Shown piece by piece: positions 1 through 8,952 of a stretch of 64,000 bases of DNA. The first letter of the stretch is position 1; each line of letters opens with the position of its first letter. Made by a program: the position numbers and the translations under genes. This DNA comes from a virus (taxonomy: Duplodnaviria > Caudoviricetes): the IMG/VR virus record IMGVR_UViG_3300005662_000030, positions 1 to 64,000 of that record, one strand, 5' to 3'. The notes under the pieces are model-generated. The model did no database searches, was not told where the DNA came from, and saw only the letters and a program-made list of their open reading frames with translations.

Positions 1-19
1 GCTTTAGGAGCAATTAGTC

Positions 20-718
20 GTGAACTATGAAATGAACTATTTTGAGAATTTAATTAAATTAATTAAATATATAGACATAGAATCAGTTGAAGACTCTATA
101 TCTAAGAGTAAGAAAATAAATAATTATCTTAAAACTTTATCATTAGATAAAAGAAAAATAGCCGTTGGAATGGATTTTCTAATATGGTATTTTGATGTGT
201 TTAGTGAAGATAGTCATTTCTGGAATGTAAACCCAGCATACTATTATGCGGCTAATACTCATGAGTTTGGGTTTCTTACAGCAAAACCAGAAACAGCCCT
301 AATGACTCTTCCAGCATTTAATACTGGCTTAGTTAACCTAATGCATAAAAGGTCTAAGCTAACAATGTTGAATAACTATCAATTAGATTTATTTGAGCAG
401 TTTATCAAAGCAGGCGAATGGAATTATGATACCGTAACAATGCAAGAGATTGAAGCAAATCAAGGTCCAACTTATGATTTTATATGCATGAGTCTCCATG
501 ATGTAATTCACAATCCTAATATTGCTGTTAATTTTTTTAATAGATTAAACAAAAACGGAACTCTTATGATGTTATATACAGGGATGGATTCACTGTATCA
601 AGATGAATCTATCTTTACCGAAATCTATCAAGTTCACCAGGTTTTAAAAAATATTGATAATTCCGCTGTTTACCATAACCCAACTGGAGCAGCAGTTACT
701 TATGCGGTCAAATTGTAG
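20..718 (+). CDS. Hypothetical protein, possibly a degenerate class I SAM-dependent methyltransferase fold
   Basis: GTG start with AGGAG at 6-10. The C-terminal segment YDFICMSLHDVIHNPNIAVNFFNRLNKNGTLMM resembles the 'fDlI...l~~LkpgG.l' part of Rossmann MTases. No clear GxGxG motif I. Confidence 0.35.
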   Translation: MNYEMNYFENLIKLIKYIDIESVEDSISKSKKINNYLKTLSLDKRKIAVGMDFLIWYFDVFSEDSHFWNVNPAYYYAANTHEFGFLTAKPETALMTLPAFNTGLVNLMHKRSKLTMLNNYQLDLFEQFIKAGEWNYDTVTMQEIEANQGPTYDFICMSLHDVIHNPNIAVNFFNRLNKNGTLMMLYTGMDSLYQDESIFTEIYQVHQVLKNIDNSAVYHNPTGAAVTYAVKL

Positions 719-725
719 TACTATA
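719..725 (+). promoter_or_regulatory. TACTATA -10-type promoter element, probably giving a leaderless transcript
   Basis: TACTAT (TANNNT type) ends 7 nt before the ATG at 731 and there is no Shine-Dalgarno sequence. The same heptamer recurs in four other intergenic gaps. Confidence 0.55.
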
Positions 726-730
726 TACTT

Positions 731-1408
731 ATGATTATATTAGATGATTTCATCAAGGATAAAGATCTTTTAAAAGAAATTGAACAAACAAAAGATTTTT
801 TTCCGCCTTCTATGGGCAATGAAGATCGAATAGCAATGGAGCTAAATAGCTATCATGATGAAAAAGCAGACTGCTTTGCTCCATATATGTTTTGGGATGG
901 TTGGTGGAATTCACCAGCAAATACTGCAAGAAAAAAAGTTGTAAAAAAAATATGGGAAAATAATTTACCTTTTCCAATTGAAGAGGTTTGCGGTTTTGAA
1001 TACTGGACAAGGACATTTAATCCTGGGCAATATTTGGGAACTCATGTAGATGAAGATACATTTCTTTATGCAGATAAAAAAATATTCAGAGGACCAGCAA
1101 TAGGATGTGTATATTATCCTCATACAAATAATGTTGTAGGTGGATTTTTAGAATTGCATCCAACTGCAGTTTCTGAAAATACAGAAGAAGCATTAGAAAT
1201 GGTAAATATAGATCCACTGATAGTCCCAATTGAATTAAGAGAAAGAATAGCCTGTAACCCTAACAGGTTGATAATATTTGACGCAGGTCACATTATACAC
1301 AATACAACTGCTCCTGTAACTGGGGTTAGAAGGGTTATGGTTGTAAATGTTTGGCATAAAGATAACCCTCCAACAGCTTTAGAAACTGGTCAATTTTTTT
1401 ACGAATAG
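731..1408 (+). CDS. 2OG-Fe(II) oxygenase (prolyl-hydroxylase-like)
   Basis: HxD motif (GTHVDED), distal His (IFDAGHIIHNT) and a C-terminal RRVMVVNVW strand carrying the 2OG-binding Arg. Confidence 0.85.
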   Translation: MIILDDFIKDKDLLKEIEQTKDFFPPSMGNEDRIAMELNSYHDEKADCFAPYMFWDGWWNSPANTARKKVVKKIWENNLPFPIEEVCGFEYWTRTFNPGQYLGTHVDEDTFLYADKKIFRGPAIGCVYYPHTNNVVGGFLELHPTAVSENTEEALEMVNIDPLIVPIELRERIACNPNRLIIFDAGHIIHNTTAPVTGVRRVMVVNVWHKDNPPTALETGQFFYE

Positions 1409-1422
1409 TTAATTGTTTTTTG

Positions 1423-1431
1423 TGGTATACT
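1423..1431 (+). promoter_or_regulatory. Extended -10 promoter (TGnTATACT), leaderless
   Basis: TGGTATACT ends 7 nt before the ATG at 1438; no Shine-Dalgarno sequence. Confidence 0.55.
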
Positions 1432-1437
1432 TAAATT

Positions 1438-1764
1438 ATGAACACTGTTAATACTGGTTTAGATATTACTGGAAACTGGGATGTTTCTACTTTTACTCCA
1501 TTTGGCATTAGCATGAGCAAGGCTGTTATTAGCTCAATTGAGCCATTTGTTTCTGGAATTATTACTGGAGAAAAAGGTCTATTAACTTTTGCTAATGGCG
1601 AGATTAATAATAATGTATTAACGTTTTCAGCAAATGTAGATACGCCAATAAAAGCTACGCTTTCTGTAAGTGTAGAAGTAATTGGAGATAAGTTTGTTGG
1701 CATTTTGACAATAGATGAATATGCAAAACTAAATATTAGAGGTCAAAAAAATGTCAATTTATGA
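1438..1764 (+). CDS. Hypothetical small beta-rich protein
   Basis: 108-aa ORF with genome-typical codon usage; overlaps the start of the next gene. Confidence 0.6.
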   Translation: MNTVNTGLDITGNWDVSTFTPFGISMSKAVISSIEPFVSGIITGEKGLLTFANGEINNNVLTFSANVDTPIKATLSVSVEVIGDKFVGILTIDEYAKLNIRGQKNVNL

Positions 1765-2368
1765 TATTGAAGCCACATCAATAGACGGACAAAAAAATTA
1801 TTTATCTACATTTAAGGGTAAATTAACTCTTATTGTAAATGTGTCTACAAAAGCTGGAGGTTACGAACCCCAGTGTTCCAAGGTTTGGTCTTACGCTAGA
1901 ACATGTCGCCAGTTATGGCAGCTGCAACAAGTGCATGATGAATTTAAGGACAGAGGATTTTCTGTCCTTGCTTTCCCAAATAACCAGTTTGCCCAAATGG
2001 AACCAGGTACAAATGAAGAGATAGCAGCTTTTGTTAAAGAGCATTATTCGTTTGTAAACTTTCCATTCTTTGAAAAGGTAGACGTTAATGGAAAAAACGA
2101 ACACCCTTTATTCTCAGCCTTAAAAGGAAATGAGAAAAGAAATTATTCTGATTTCAGTGCAAACCAAACTGATAAAGCAATTGAAAATCAAAACCTTGCA
2201 GGACAAGCAATTGCTAGAATATCACATGGTTATGAAAAATTTTTAGTTAGCCGTGAAGGAATAATGGTGGCCAGATTTAATTGGCAAGATATGCCACTTG
2301 ATGAAATTCCAAGAATAATGGGTGCTGGTTGGACAGTTAGAGAAGCAATTGACGAACTCTTAGGATAG
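1751..2368 (+). CDS. Glutathione peroxidase-family (thioredoxin-fold) protein with non-canonical active site
   Basis: GPx signatures: IYDIEATSIDG, GKLTLIVNV, RGFSVLAFPNNQF..EPG, FPFFEKVDVNGKNEHPLF, YEKFLV. Confidence 0.85.
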   Translation: MSIYDIEATSIDGQKNYLSTFKGKLTLIVNVSTKAGGYEPQCSKVWSYARTCRQLWQLQQVHDEFKDRGFSVLAFPNNQFAQMEPGTNEEIAAFVKEHYSFVNFPFFEKVDVNGKNEHPLFSALKGNEKRNYSDFSANQTDKAIENQNLAGQAIARISHGYEKFLVSREGIMVARFNWQDMPLDEIPRIMGAGWTVREAIDELLG

Positions 2369-2375
2369 GAATCTT

Positions 2376-3515
2376 ATGTCATACTTAGATGAAATAAACA
2401 ATCAACCAAAAAATTTAAATAACGAAGCATTTCCAGTATCTCCAATTATCGATCAAAAAATAATTGATGAGATTGGGGCGATAGAATCAGAGGAGCTAGG
2501 GGCTGGCATAGTTGTACTCAGAAATGCATTTAGTATGGATCAGTCTCTAGTTTTAGATTACATTGATCAAAACGCGGCAGAAGCACATAAGACTAGATGG
2601 AGTTATATAACGGGTGAAGATGGTGTAGAGTATGGTATCAACGAAGATGGTTTTAGATATAAGTTAGAGGAAATACCAGGAACCCCAGTCAGGCTATTGC
2701 AACCTGTTAATTCAAATACGCCAGAAGAAGTTAAGAAATTTTTTATCTATCTTGAAGAGCAGATATACAAAGGACTTTTAAAATATATTGACTATTATCC
2801 ATTAATGCTTGGAAGCATATGGTGGAAAACTAGAGGTCATATATTGAGATATGGTGATAATGGAATTCTTGGAACACACGCCGACAATGATACCAACTAT
2901 AAAGTAACTAACGGAATTAGATATATGCCAAGAGGTATGGTCGCATCGCGTCAAACGTGTGGTGCTTTGATATATTTAAATGACTGCGTAGAAACAGAAG
3001 AAGAGTTAAACGGAAGAAATTTTACTGGTGGAGCACTACAATTTGTGCACTTGGGCATAAAGTATAAGCCAAGAAGAGGCGATATAATTTTCTTTCCAAC
3101 AAACTATGTGGCTTCACACAATGTCGAAAGAATGGGCAAAGGAGTAAGATATAGTTATCTTACATTCTTTGGGCAAGGCGCAGACGATGTTCCCGCAAAC
3201 ATCAGAATAGCTGAACCAGAAGCAAGCTTTGAGTGGTGTCCACCTGTTTGGTTAAATAACATATATGATGATTATGAGATGTATTGCAAATCTCCACACT
3301 CTAGATACGACGATGCTAACTCAACAAGACTTGGTGTAGAGCCAGGTTGGAATCCGATTTATCAAGGTAGAAACGTTGCTCAATACAATCAAAGTCACGA
3401 GGCAATAGAGCTAGATTCTTCTCAAGATAAGTTAATCGAACCTGTTCAGAAAGAAATATCAGCAGACGAGGATTTACCAGAAGGACCATGTGGGACTACT
3501 CCGCAAAGGATATAG
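2376..3515 (+). CDS. 2OG-Fe(II) oxygenase, paralog 1 of a tandem triplet
   Basis: GTHADND (HxD), IYLND...FTGG, GDIIFFP, ASHNV (distal His), VRYSYLTF. Confidence 0.85.
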   Translation: MSYLDEINNQPKNLNNEAFPVSPIIDQKIIDEIGAIESEELGAGIVVLRNAFSMDQSLVLDYIDQNAAEAHKTRWSYITGEDGVEYGINEDGFRYKLEEIPGTPVRLLQPVNSNTPEEVKKFFIYLEEQIYKGLLKYIDYYPLMLGSIWWKTRGHILRYGDNGILGTHADNDTNYKVTNGIRYMPRGMVASRQTCGALIYLNDCVETEEELNGRNFTGGALQFVHLGIKYKPRRGDIIFFPTNYVASHNVERMGKGVRYSYLTFFGQGADDVPANIRIAEPEASFEWCPPVWLNNIYDDYEMYCKSPHSRYDDANSTRLGVEPGWNPIYQGRNVAQYNQSHEAIELDSSQDKLIEPVQKEISADEDLPEGPCGTTPQRI

Positions 3516-3522
3516 ACATCAT

Positions 3523-4404
3523 ATGATAAATAACAATGTTAAAGCAAAGCATCTTGGTGGTGGAGTTGTTCTTTTCGAATCAGCTATAGATCTAGACTGG
3601 GATTACGTTAGAGAATTCAGCAGAGATGCAATCAATAAAGAAAAAGAAGATATGTATACACCAACAGTCGATCCGGAAACTGGCGATGAAATTTATTTAA
3701 ATAAAAGTGGCTACTTTTTTCAAAAGGAAAGTGTAGACCAAATGCCGGGTAGAGGTTCTGCAATACACAGATATGGCGATGAAAAAATAAAAAAGATATT
3801 TGATTTTGTTGAAGAATCAAAGGATCAATATTTATTTAAATATTTTGAACTTTTCCCTCTTTCTTATAAATGTGTTTGGTGGAAAGTCAAGGGTCATATA
3901 GTCCAATATAAAAAAGGCGTCTATTTAGGTAGCCATTCTGACGTAAGCGCTGATTACATTTATGATATCTGGACCCCAAAAGATCAGCTGGCAACTAGAA
4001 ATGTTATTAGTAATGTTTTCTACCTTACGTCATCTGTTGACACAGAAGAAGAATTAGATGGAACAAATTTTACTGGTGGTCATCATTATTTCAATTATTT
4101 AGATATAGATGTAAAACCTAAAAAAGGTGACTTATTATTTTTCCCATCAAATTTTATGGCAGCTCATGAAGTCAAGCCAGTTGGAGAAGGGGAGAGGTAT
4201 TCCTATTTGGGTTGGTATAGTCATGGAACCCCAAATAAAGAAGTCAATGAATTTGTTGTTGACCCGAATAAGGAAGCGGAATTGGCAAAAACGGCAACTA
4301 ATCTCTACATGCCTACGCTAACCTCAGACTATAGGCAATATCTCTTAGAGAACGGCTATGACCAGTCTTCCGATCAATTTAATATAACAAGGTCAAATTA
4401 CTGA
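3523..4404 (+). CDS. 2OG-Fe(II) oxygenase, paralog 2
   Basis: GSHSDVS, FYLTSS...FTGG, GDLLFFP, AAHEVKPV, ERYSYLGW. ATG 3523 is preferred over 3490 because MINNNVKAKHLGGG matches the start of paralog 3 (MIINDFKAKDIGAG). Confidence 0.85.
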   Translation: MINNNVKAKHLGGGVVLFESAIDLDWDYVREFSRDAINKEKEDMYTPTVDPETGDEIYLNKSGYFFQKESVDQMPGRGSAIHRYGDEKIKKIFDFVEESKDQYLFKYFELFPLSYKCVWWKVKGHIVQYKKGVYLGSHSDVSADYIYDIWTPKDQLATRNVISNVFYLTSSVDTEEELDGTNFTGGHHYFNYLDIDVKPKKGDLLFFPSNFMAAHEVKPVGEGERYSYLGWYSHGTPNKEVNEFVVDPNKEAELAKTATNLYMPTLTSDYRQYLLENGYDQSSDQFNITRSNY

Positions 4405-4405
4405 T

Positions 4406-5203
4406 ATGATAATAAATGATTTTAAGGCCAAGGATATCGGAGCAGGACTTTGTATCATCGAAGATGCTTTTCAAATAGATCAAAAGTTTTTGACAGATTA
4501 TATAACATGGCTTAAGCAACAAGAGGAAGATACGTTTACCTATATAGAGGAAGATGGAAAACGCTACGCTTTAAATAAGACTGGTTTTAAATTTGAAGTA
4601 GATTCGATATCTATGGCCCCAGAAAGATTCGTAGATCCATTATGTAAACTTTCAGATAGAAAACCAACAGAAGAACAACAGCAACTAATTCACAATTTAG
4701 AAGATTTAGTATACAAGTCATTAGTTGAATATTGTAAAATATACACCGAGGCATCAACCGTTTGCTGGTGGAGGTCTCCAGGTCATATAGCTACATATTC
4801 TAATGGTCAATCAATAGGTCAACATTGTGATGATCAAATACCATATGAATACGGTAAACCCCCTAAAAATGAATATCCAAAACATGGTAATGTAAGTATA
4901 AACATATATCTTAATGATTGCGTTGAGTCGGAAGATCAGTTAGATGGTACCAATTTTATTGGTGGTGAAATATTTTTTAAACACGCAAAGTATACCCATA
5001 AACCAAAAGCTGGAACCATTGCGGTATACCCAACTAATTATGTTGGGACTCACGAAGTGTACCCAGTTACAAAAGGAAAAAGAATTGCTTACTTATCTGC
5101 AATTTCCTATGGAACTCCAGAAAATGGAAGTCCAATTCCAGTTGAGGGCGACTCCAGGATATGGATGCCGAATTTGAGAAAAGACGCTGGTTTAGAATTC
5201 TAA
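4406..5203 (+). CDS. 2OG-Fe(II) oxygenase, paralog 3
   Basis: GQHCDDQ, IYLND...FIGGE, GTHEVYPV, KRIAYLS. Confidence 0.85.
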   Translation: MIINDFKAKDIGAGLCIIEDAFQIDQKFLTDYITWLKQQEEDTFTYIEEDGKRYALNKTGFKFEVDSISMAPERFVDPLCKLSDRKPTEEQQQLIHNLEDLVYKSLVEYCKIYTEASTVCWWRSPGHIATYSNGQSIGQHCDDQIPYEYGKPPKNEYPKHGNVSINIYLNDCVESEDQLDGTNFIGGEIFFKHAKYTHKPKAGTIAVYPTNYVGTHEVYPVTKGKRIAYLSAISYGTPENGSPIPVEGDSRIWMPNLRKDAGLEF

Positions 5204-5225
5204 TAATAATTTAACCATATACCGC

Positions 5226-5232
5226 TACTATA
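5226..5232 (+). promoter_or_regulatory. TACTATA promoter element
   Basis: Recurrent intergenic heptamer upstream of the GGGGG RBS and the ATG at 5259. Confidence 0.5.
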
Positions 5233-5258
5233 TAGTTAAGCCACTATGGGGGACTACG

Positions 5259-5555
5259 ATGCGCTATAATGATCTCATTGCCTACAACCAGTCAGGTGTA
5301 GCATATGACGGTACTGTAATATTAAAAATAGAAGGAATATTAAATCCTATTATTTTAAATGATATTATGATCTATTTTGGTGGTAATGAGGATTACTCTG
5401 TATCTACAACCATAGGGGTTATCAGCTTAGACGTAGACCCAACTGGAGTCATAACAATAGAAGCGCTAGCTAAAGAAGGCGCAGCTCTTATTCAGGCAAA
5501 AGAGATTACTATACACTCAGGAACGCTAGTCAGCGTACAGTATCAGGGTCAATAA
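5259..5555 (+). CDS. Hypothetical protein, possibly a minor virion protein
   Basis: 98-aa ORF with an RBS. The N-terminal YNxxxxYNxxGxxYDG pattern is of a kind I associate with phage structural proteins. Confidence 0.55.
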   Translation: MRYNDLIAYNQSGVAYDGTVILKIEGILNPIILNDIMIYFGGNEDYSVSTTIGVISLDVDPTGVITIEALAKEGAALIQAKEITIHSGTLVSVQYQGQ

Positions 5556-5579
5556 CTTTAGCAGTACAACCATCGACTG

Positions 5580-5586
5580 TACTATA
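5580..5586 (+). promoter_or_regulatory. TACTATA promoter element at the start of the structural operon
   Basis: Recurrent heptamer upstream of the AAAGAGGT RBS and the ATG at 5614. Confidence 0.5.
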
Positions 5587-5613
5587 TAAGTATCTATCTT
5601 TAAAGAGGTAAAA

Positions 5614-6504
5614 ATGGCAAATATTTTAGTTAATGATACTGTTCGTCTAAAGGTTAAATTTATTGACGTAGATACAGAAGGCAACCAAATAGAAGTTGCC
5701 CCAGCGAGTGTTTTGATGTCAATAACAAACTCAGATAATGAAATTGTAATATCTACAAATCCTACCGCACTCAATCAGTATGAGTATTATTATGATTATA
5801 CCCCAACAACAGCGGGAACATACAGAGTTTCTTTTACAGGAATTTTAGAAAATAATACCACAATTAACGTTAATCAGCAGATATACGTAAGTACTCCAAC
5901 TGAAGACTACAGACCAACTGTTTTCTTAATGCAGGAAGAGACAATATATTTTGCACCAGATATTGAGCCAATATATCTCGATCCAGAGCAGCTTCTTCCG
6001 TACTTTCCAGACGCATCAATGTTGGAGGTTGGCGAATTTATATACACTTATTCAACTGAAATTAAGGGAATTTATAAATTATTAGACACAGAAGATGGAA
6101 GCAATATTCCATTTGTTGCTCTTGAATACATCAGGGCTGCAACGTGCTGTGAGCTCACAAGAGTCTATGGCAACGGCGGGGATGATGAATTGTCGGTAAG
6201 CTTGGGTGATCTTTCCATAACCAATAAGAGCCTTCCTAGAACTACTTTAAGTAGAGCAAACGCTACGACATGGTGTCAGATAGCAGCAATGCTGAGAAAA
6301 GAAATGTTGACAACAAGAGTAGGTATGAGAGCGGTTCAACCAAAGGGTATTCCATCAATGCCAACAATTGGCGCTGGAAGAAACATGGATCCTTACACTG
6401 GATTGTCTGTATATTACACTCCAAGAGATCTTTACGGGCCAACTCATATTCAAACTCCTGATGAAAATCCAATACCAGAAAGAGGTATTAGAAAGCATGA
6501 TTGA
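5614..6504 (+). CDS. Virion protein, probable head-tail adaptor (Ig-like N-terminal domain plus neck domain)
   Basis: N-terminal beta-sandwich-like segment (YYYDYTPTTAGTYRVSF). C-terminal LSVSLGDLSITNK resembles adaptor (gp15/gp6-type) motifs. Lies upstream of head-closure and sheath genes. Confidence 0.45.
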   Translation: MANILVNDTVRLKVKFIDVDTEGNQIEVAPASVLMSITNSDNEIVISTNPTALNQYEYYYDYTPTTAGTYRVSFTGILENNTTINVNQQIYVSTPTEDYRPTVFLMQEETIYFAPDIEPIYLDPEQLLPYFPDASMLEVGEFIYTYSTEIKGIYKLLDTEDGSNIPFVALEYIRAATCCELTRVYGNGGDDELSVSLGDLSITNKSLPRTTLSRANATTWCQIAAMLRKEMLTTRVGMRAVQPKGIPSMPTIGAGRNMDPYTGLSVYYTPRDLYGPTHIQTPDENPIPERGIRKHD

Positions 6505-6869
6505 TCCAAAGCGAACTATTAATAATATAATGCGTACGTGGGGGCATAATATATTATTACAGGAGCTGATAGACGAGAGTACAATGAAGTATAGTGCTTC
6601 AATGAAGCAATATACTGTAAGATCTTTGTATCCAGGTTCAAGGCGGATTTGCTAGCATTCTTCAAGAAAACGCACAAGGGCTAACTGTTAGCTCTGAGGT
6701 TATATACTACTTTCAACATATAGCTAGTCCAAAATCAGGTGATAGAATATATGAAGACTTACCAAATGGTCAACAAGTTTTTCTTATAGACTTTGCTGCA
6801 CCAGTTAGAGGTAGAGGTGGTCTTGTAAATTACTGGATAGTTGGAGCAACTAAAGAAAGTAAAAAGTAA
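6497..6869 (+). CDS. Probable head-closure/neck protein, 123 aa; needs a +1 shift at CGGA 6644-6647
   Basis: ATG 6497 runs in frame to CGG at 6644 (stop at 6653). The +1 frame gives GFASILQENAQGLTVSSEVIYYF...PKSGDRIYE...PVRGRGGLVNYW and ends at TAA 6867-6869, directly abutting the next ATG at 6870. Confidence 0.65.
6644..6647 (+). other. CGGA +1 recoding site 1 (codon 50)
   Basis: AGG|CGGA|TTT. The +1 frame has a stop at 6618 and the 0 frame at 6653, so the shift must fall in this ~30-nt window. Confidence 0.75.
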
Positions 6870-8951
6870 ATGCTTAGAGTAAACAATAATCAATTGGTTA
6901 AATTTCGTTTTGGTTTTTTAATCAATGGAAGTTTTTATGATCCCCTAGATCAAGAAACACCAATTGATATATACGCAACTGTGGTAAGAGGTCAAGGTGG
7001 AGTGGGCGATGTAATCCATTCTTCAGTTTCTTTGATAAATACAAGCTACAGAATAACAGATATAGTTGGACCAGTTTCAATAATTAGCGGTTCTATATCT
7101 GCAACTTTTACTTTTGACATAGACCATAAGCTTTCTGTTGGTGACACAGTTGTAGTTTATGGAGTTGGCGGAGGTTATAACACCGAATATACAATAACGG
7201 CAACTCCAACATCAGATTCTATTACCGCACAAGCGTCCGCAACATTACTTCCAAGTTTAGATGATTTTGATAATACAAAATATTACCCTAGATTAACTTT
7301 AAAATCTAATTCGTATTTTAATAGAATTTCTGATTCAGAGTATAACTTTTATTACAAAATTCCAGACACATTATTTGGTGGATCTTATACCGTATCTATT
7401 CAGACTTCATACAATGACAGAACTCAAGTAATAGAACATCCTTTTGAAGTTTCGAGAAGTCAAATTGGTAGAAGTGGAAATATAGTATATAAAAAAATAC
7501 AAGATGGGGTTATAACACTTTCTACGGATATAGATCACAATCTTTTAGTTGGAGATTTAATATCTTTTACAGATGTTTCTTCAACGATAGATGGAAATTA
7601 TTATATAAGTGCAATTCCAGCACCAAATCAATTTTCAATCACTAGCAAACAAGTATTATCTAATTCTTTAGGTACCACCGTCGGCAACTATGCCTTAGTG
7701 AATACTGCTGGTGTATCTGGTCAACTTACTGGTCCAACATCTGGGGCAATAATTTCCAAAAGACCAATTTATGATTCATTAGATCAGTATCTAACTAATT
7801 CAATTCTTTTGATTGGACATTGTGATAATTTAGAAATAAATCAAATTTACAGAGTTAGTTCGATACAAGAGGCAACAAATTTAATTGGCGCCAATACGGC
7901 ATCTCCTCTTCTTAGGGGTGTGTATGACGCGTTTAGTTGTGGGGCAAGAAGTATATTTATATTGGCAGCAGCTCCAATGTCGGAGTATATAGATGATGTG
8001 GACCAAAGACTCACCGACATGCCAATATTTATTTCAGAAGAAACTAATCAGCAAATAAATTTTTATGAAAAATATTATGAAAGATTAGCAAAAACCTACG
8101 AAGCAATAAATGGTTATGATTTAATTGACATTATTGTTCCGTTAGAAACATCTATTATAGGTACTGGTTCTGTTGACTTTATAACCCAATTAGCAGTTCA
8201 CTGTTATACGTTTAATGATATAACTGGTTATGTGCAAATTGGTGTTATAGGTTCTAGAACAAATGGAATAAAAGATTCTGATATTGACCTACTTGAAGCT
8301 AAATCAATTTTTAGAAACAAATTAACAACTTATACAGAGTCTGGTGAATTAGAAAGCGATATTGGAAGATACATAATACCAATATACGGAGAATTAACAT
8401 TTAGTCATGTTGGATTCGGTAAGTCTTACACAAGTTCCGCAGCAGCATCGTTTGCTGGGTTAATGTCATCTAATCCTGTCTATAATGGAATAATAAGAAA
8501 GAGACTACCAGGAGCATATTCACTATTTGGGTCTAATCTTTCCAAGCAGTCTTTTGCAAGATTAGAAAACTTAAACATTAATACAGTTTATAGAACTAGA
8601 AAAGCGCTTAGGGGAAATCCATATGAAGTTTGCGTTTCCAATGATTACACTTTAGCTAATGCCCAAAGTTCTTTTATTAAATCTCCACAAATGAGATTGG
8701 TTGCTATGGTTATCAATGAAATTAAAAACATAACCAATGATGGGTTAGGCAAAAACGCAGAAGATAAAGTTGTTTCTCAGGTAGAGTCAATGTTAAATCT
8801 CTTAGTGTCAACTAGGGCAATAAGAGATTACACAATGCAGTCGTATGGTTCGAAAACCGAAAGAGGATCTTTAGTATTTGAAATTACACTAGTATCTTCT
8901 CTTGGTTTAAAGAGTATTAACTTTTCTATAATTACAGGGCCAGGAGCTTAG
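6870..8951 (+). CDS. Tail-sheath-like paralog with an N-terminal extension of two beta-rich repeats
   Basis: C-terminal half has sheath-like motifs (SPLLRGVYDAF, SAAASFAGL, LENLNINTV, MRLVAMVINEI...VESMLNLL...IRDY). N-terminal repeats DIDHKLSVGDTVVV and DIDHNLLVGDLISF. Confidence 0.6.
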   Translation: MLRVNNNQLVKFRFGFLINGSFYDPLDQETPIDIYATVVRGQGGVGDVIHSSVSLINTSYRITDIVGPVSIISGSISATFTFDIDHKLSVGDTVVVYGVGGGYNTEYTITATPTSDSITAQASATLLPSLDDFDNTKYYPRLTLKSNSYFNRISDSEYNFYYKIPDTLFGGSYTVSIQTSYNDRTQVIEHPFEVSRSQIGRSGNIVYKKIQDGVITLSTDIDHNLLVGDLISFTDVSSTIDGNYYISAIPAPNQFSITSKQVLSNSLGTTVGNYALVNTAGVSGQLTGPTSGAIISKRPIYDSLDQYLTNSILLIGHCDNLEINQIYRVSSIQEATNLIGANTASPLLRGVYDAFSCGARSIFILAAAPMSEYIDDVDQRLTDMPIFISEETNQQINFYEKYYERLAKTYEAINGYDLIDIIVPLETSIIGTGSVDFITQLAVHCYTFNDITGYVQIGVIGSRTNGIKDSDIDLLEAKSIFRNKLTTYTESGELESDIGRYIIPIYGELTFSHVGFGKSYTSSAAASFAGLMSSNPVYNGIIRKRLPGAYSLFGSNLSKQSFARLENLNINTVYRTRKALRGNPYEVCVSNDYTLANAQSSFIKSPQMRLVAMVINEIKNITNDGLGKNAEDKVVSQVESMLNLLVSTRAIRDYTMQSYGSKTERGSLVFEITLVSSLGLKSINFSIITGPGA

Positions 8952-8952
8952 C

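Noticed and set aside
1751-2368. Selenocysteine-containing GPx
   Set aside because: No in-frame TGA; the active-site position encodes Ala.
3490-3522. Annotated start at 3490 for oxygenase paralog 2
   Set aside because: It overlaps the previous gene, and ATG 3523 matches the N-terminus of paralog 3.
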